A stretch of DNA of 62,617 bases, filler included, from Asterionella formosa (Eukaryota), in NCBI GenBank assembly GCA_002256025.1. It is 7 parts of 7 records of this genome, joined end to end, with 100 filler letters (N's around TTAATTAATTAA, not from the genome) between each part and the next. Parts side by side here need not be neighbours in the genome. Positions count along the whole stretch, not along the records: positions 53,778 to 62,617 come from NKIB01011549.1; 6 more parts are not named here. One strand, 5' to 3'. A program made the translations under genes and the position numbers. The notes beneath the pieces were generated by a model. That model worked only from the letters and a program-made list of their open reading frames with translations, made no database searches and was not told the origin of the DNA. Of the stretch, positions 59,870 through 62,617 are shown one piece after another (within the stretch, counting starts at the first letter, position 1; each line of letters begins with the position of its first letter).

Positions 59870-60540
59870 NNNNNNNNNNNNNNNNNNNNNNNNNNNNNNN
59901 NNNNNNNNNNNNNNNNNNNNNNNNNNNNNNNNNNNNNNNNNNNNNNNNNNNNNNNNNNNNNNNNNNNNNNNNNNNNNNNNNNNNNNNNNNNNNNNNNNNN
60001 NNNNNNNNNNNNNNNNNNNNNNNNNNNNNNNNNNNNNNNNNNNNNNNNNNNNNNNNNNNNNNNNNNNNNNNNNNNNNNNNNNNNNNNNNNNNNNNNNNNN
60101 NNNNNNNNNNNNNNNNNNNNNNNNNNNNNNNNNNNNNNNNNNNNNNNNNNNNNNNNNNNNNNNNNNNNNNNNNNNNNNNNNNNNNNNNNNNNNNNNNNNN
60201 NNNNNNNNNNNNNNNNNNNNNNNNNNNNNNNNNNNNNNNNNNNNNNNNNNNNNNNNNNNNNNNNNNNNNNNNNNNNNNNNNNNNNNNNNNNNNNNNNNNN
60301 NNNNNNNNNNNNNNNNNNNNNNNNNNNNNNNNNNNNNNNNNNNNNNNNNNNNNNNNNNNNNNNNNNNNNNNNNNNNNNNNNNNNNNNNNNNNNNNNNNNN
60401 NNNNNNNNNNNNNNNNNNNNNNNNNNNNNNNNNNNNNNNNNNNNNNNNNNNNNNNNNNNNNNNNNNNNNNNNNNNNNNNNNNNNNNNNNNNNNNNNNNNN
60501 NNNNNNNNNNNNNNNNNNNNNNNNNNNNNNNNNNNNNNNN
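59870..60540. other. Intra-scaffold assembly gap
   Basis: Run of Ns with no linker motif. Confidence 0.95.
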
Positions 60541-61528
60541 AAGGGGACTTTTGGAGCATACAGTATTGTCCATATGATGATAGGAGGAGGCTGATATTGA
60601 ATGACTAGAAAGAAAGGAAGAGACAGGAAGAAACTGGATATGGTATGGTGTTGATTAACAGGACATGATCTGTAAGCAATCTTTGCAACTCAAGAGCAGT
60701 ATCTAGGCCTAGCTAATGACTACAAAGTCAATTGAAGCTAGGAATGTAGTTTGCCACCACTATATCAAGTCAGGAACAAAGTAGATGAAGCTCCTATTTT
60801 GATGATATCAAACAAGAAAAACAATCACATAGTCTATGAAACATTTTGCTAGCAATTTTTTAGAGTCTGAGTACTATAGTTGGTGTGCTTAGTACTTCAA
60901 TTTCCATCAAAATAGTTTTGCATTGGTGCCTATTAGTTGTTAGTTAGTAGTCAGTACCAGTAAGTGTGTATGTATAACAATGATATCCCACAGAATGAAT
61001 TATTATTCATTATATCAAACCTTGAAATTATGAACATTTTCCTATGGTTTGGGAGAGTGAGAAATCCTGCATATGAGCTTTACAATTTTATCAAGCTCAG
61101 TCAAGCAATAATTGATCAGAACTCATTATTATGACATGTGGAGTTCATTGTACCAGAGATTGTTAGACGATTTAGGTGATTAGGAGCTGAACTAAAGTAT
61201 GTATACTTCATTCTGTGCCAAGGTGGTCCAGGTAGACCTACCATTACTTGGTGACCAAATGAATCATAGATATTCTGTGGTCAATGAGGGACAACATGTT
61301 TGAAATATAAATCATTGGCATACGTAGTTGCGACGTGCTCTGCACGTTACACGCGTCAGCATAATGTTAGATGTAGGATGGATGGATGAAAATAATGGTA
61401 ACGTCGCCTATGTATACCGTCAAGACTGGTACAAGATACTCACCTGGTAATCAAATTATGATGTTAATGTGAACTAGACGGAACAACAATAACTGAGGCC
61501 TGACGAATACGAGGGAGAGAGAGGAGAA

Positions 61529-62608
61529 ATGCAGCTATCCAAGAACGCTATTCTTCCACTGACGATGCTGGCACTTTGCATACTGTCGAAAAGTGGCCCT
61601 CGACGAGTCGCTGCCTTTGCGCCATTTATCTCTGCTGACCGACGCACTTCACCCACCAGGCGATTCAGCAGCAACGATGCCCTTGCTCCATACAAAAACG
61701 AGAATAACAGAGAAGATCAAGTCTTTTCGGCCATTTCCGGCAACGGTGGTATCAAAGTTACGGTCGCTACCGTTAGAAATATCGTGAATGACTTCATGAT
61801 TATGCATACCTTGACTCAAGTCCCTGCTGACGCGATCGGGCGATTGGTGACATGTGGGTTGCTCATGAGTAATGGTATGCAAGCTGAACAAACGGTGCAG
61901 ATTACGATGAATGGAGATGGTCCTCTTCGAGGTGCCTGTGCCATTGCCAATGGTGAAGGTCACGTGCGAGGGTATGTCGGCAGTCCGGCGTTGGGAACCA
62001 TGACGCTGAGCGAAGCTATTGGAAAAGGGTCGGTGCAAGTCGTCAAGAATCATCCCAATTGGACTAATCCATACAATGGAATTACGGCGATTCGCAGTGG
62101 TGATGTTGATCGTGACGTTGGTGTCTACCTAGCAGAGAGTGAGCAGAAGTCCTGTGCCTTGGCAGCTGCGACAACAGTTCAAGGTATTCTGTGCACGTCG
62201 GCAGGCGGATACCTCATTGAGCAGCTTCCCGGGGTAGATCCGGAAACCATAGAAAAGATTGAACAAAATCTTGCCAAGCTTGTAGAGAAGGATGGGACGG
62301 ATAGGCTTCCAACTGGTATGCTGCTGTTAGGTACCACACCTGTTGATATCGCACAAATGATCTTGGCCGATCTCGACATTCAGCCTCTGCAGCAAATCTT
62401 TCCAAAGGCTGTGTGTGCGTGTACTGAAGATCGACTTATTCGAGCTCTTCGACTTCTGCCAAAGGAAGAAGTTGATGAGATTCTCGAGAAGGAAGAGCAA
62501 GTGGAGGCGAGATGCCAGTTCTGTGGCAAGGTATATCGAATGGGACCCGACGAAGTGCGAAAACGATTCGCCGAGGCCAAGGGTGATCCGTCGAAAGATG
62601 ATTCATGA
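61529..62608 (+). CDS. hslO: Hsp33 (HslO-type) redox chaperone, probably plastid-targeted
   Basis: GDGPLRG, VRGYV, YLAESEQ, AGGYLIEQLPG, CAC...CQFC; presequence with VAA-FAP. Confidence 0.92.
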   Translation: MQLSKNAILPLTMLALCILSKSGPRRVAAFAPFISADRRTSPTRRFSSNDALAPYKNENNREDQVFSAISGNGGIKVTVATVRNIVNDFMIMHTLTQVPADAIGRLVTCGLLMSNGMQAEQTVQITMNGDGPLRGACAIANGEGHVRGYVGSPALGTMTLSEAIGKGSVQVVKNHPNWTNPYNGITAIRSGDVDRDVGVYLAESEQKSCALAAATTVQGILCTSAGGYLIEQLPGVDPETIEKIEQNLAKLVEKDGTDRLPTGMLLLGTTPVDIAQMILADLDIQPLQQIFPKAVCACTEDRLIRALRLLPKEEVDEILEKEEQVEARCQFCGKVYRMGPDEVRKRFAEAKGDPSKDDS

Positions 62609-62617
62609 ACAATGAAA

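Noticed and set aside
59652..60608. Long ORFs across the second N gap
   Set aside because: Artefacts of translating Ns.

Overview
Eukaryotic nuclear DNA, most likely a diatom: there are several signal-peptide plus 'F' plastid-targeting presequences, a DUF6824 protein, CoDi-type Copia remnants and short GT-AG introns. The window is not one locus. It is seven unplaced scaffolds of decreasing length (8878, 8873, 8869, 8863, 8854, 8840, 8840 bp) joined by 100-bp N44-TTAATTAATTAA-N44 spacers, so adjacency across spacers means nothing. Scaffolds 1-4 are mostly nested, decayed mobile DNA: Copia, Gypsy, a Ginger-type integrase element with a Ulp1 protease and an IS630/Tc1-like transposase remnant. 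Scaffolds 4-7 carry ordinary host genes (cyclophilin-like, MFS transporter, COPI-associated-like, DUF6824, PA2G4, SKP1, TRM7, DUF1499, LIG4, a family-16 methyltransferase, Hsp33). The best candidate for an undescribed system is a multi-gene DNA transposon family defined by a 16-bp terminus, CGTCTGCAAATAAAAA. It is seen seven times on four scaffolds, has two distinct end types, carries an internal IS630/Tc1-like transposase remnant plus unidentified cargo genes, and sits inside other elements, including its own ends. Other highlights: a ~150-bp foldback with telomeric-repeat arms, two tRNA-like Pol III heads (one behind a 22-bp phased array), a structured PA2G4 intron and dense GGTACC/CCWGG palindrome tracts. 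All calls were made by eye from motifs; no database searches were run.
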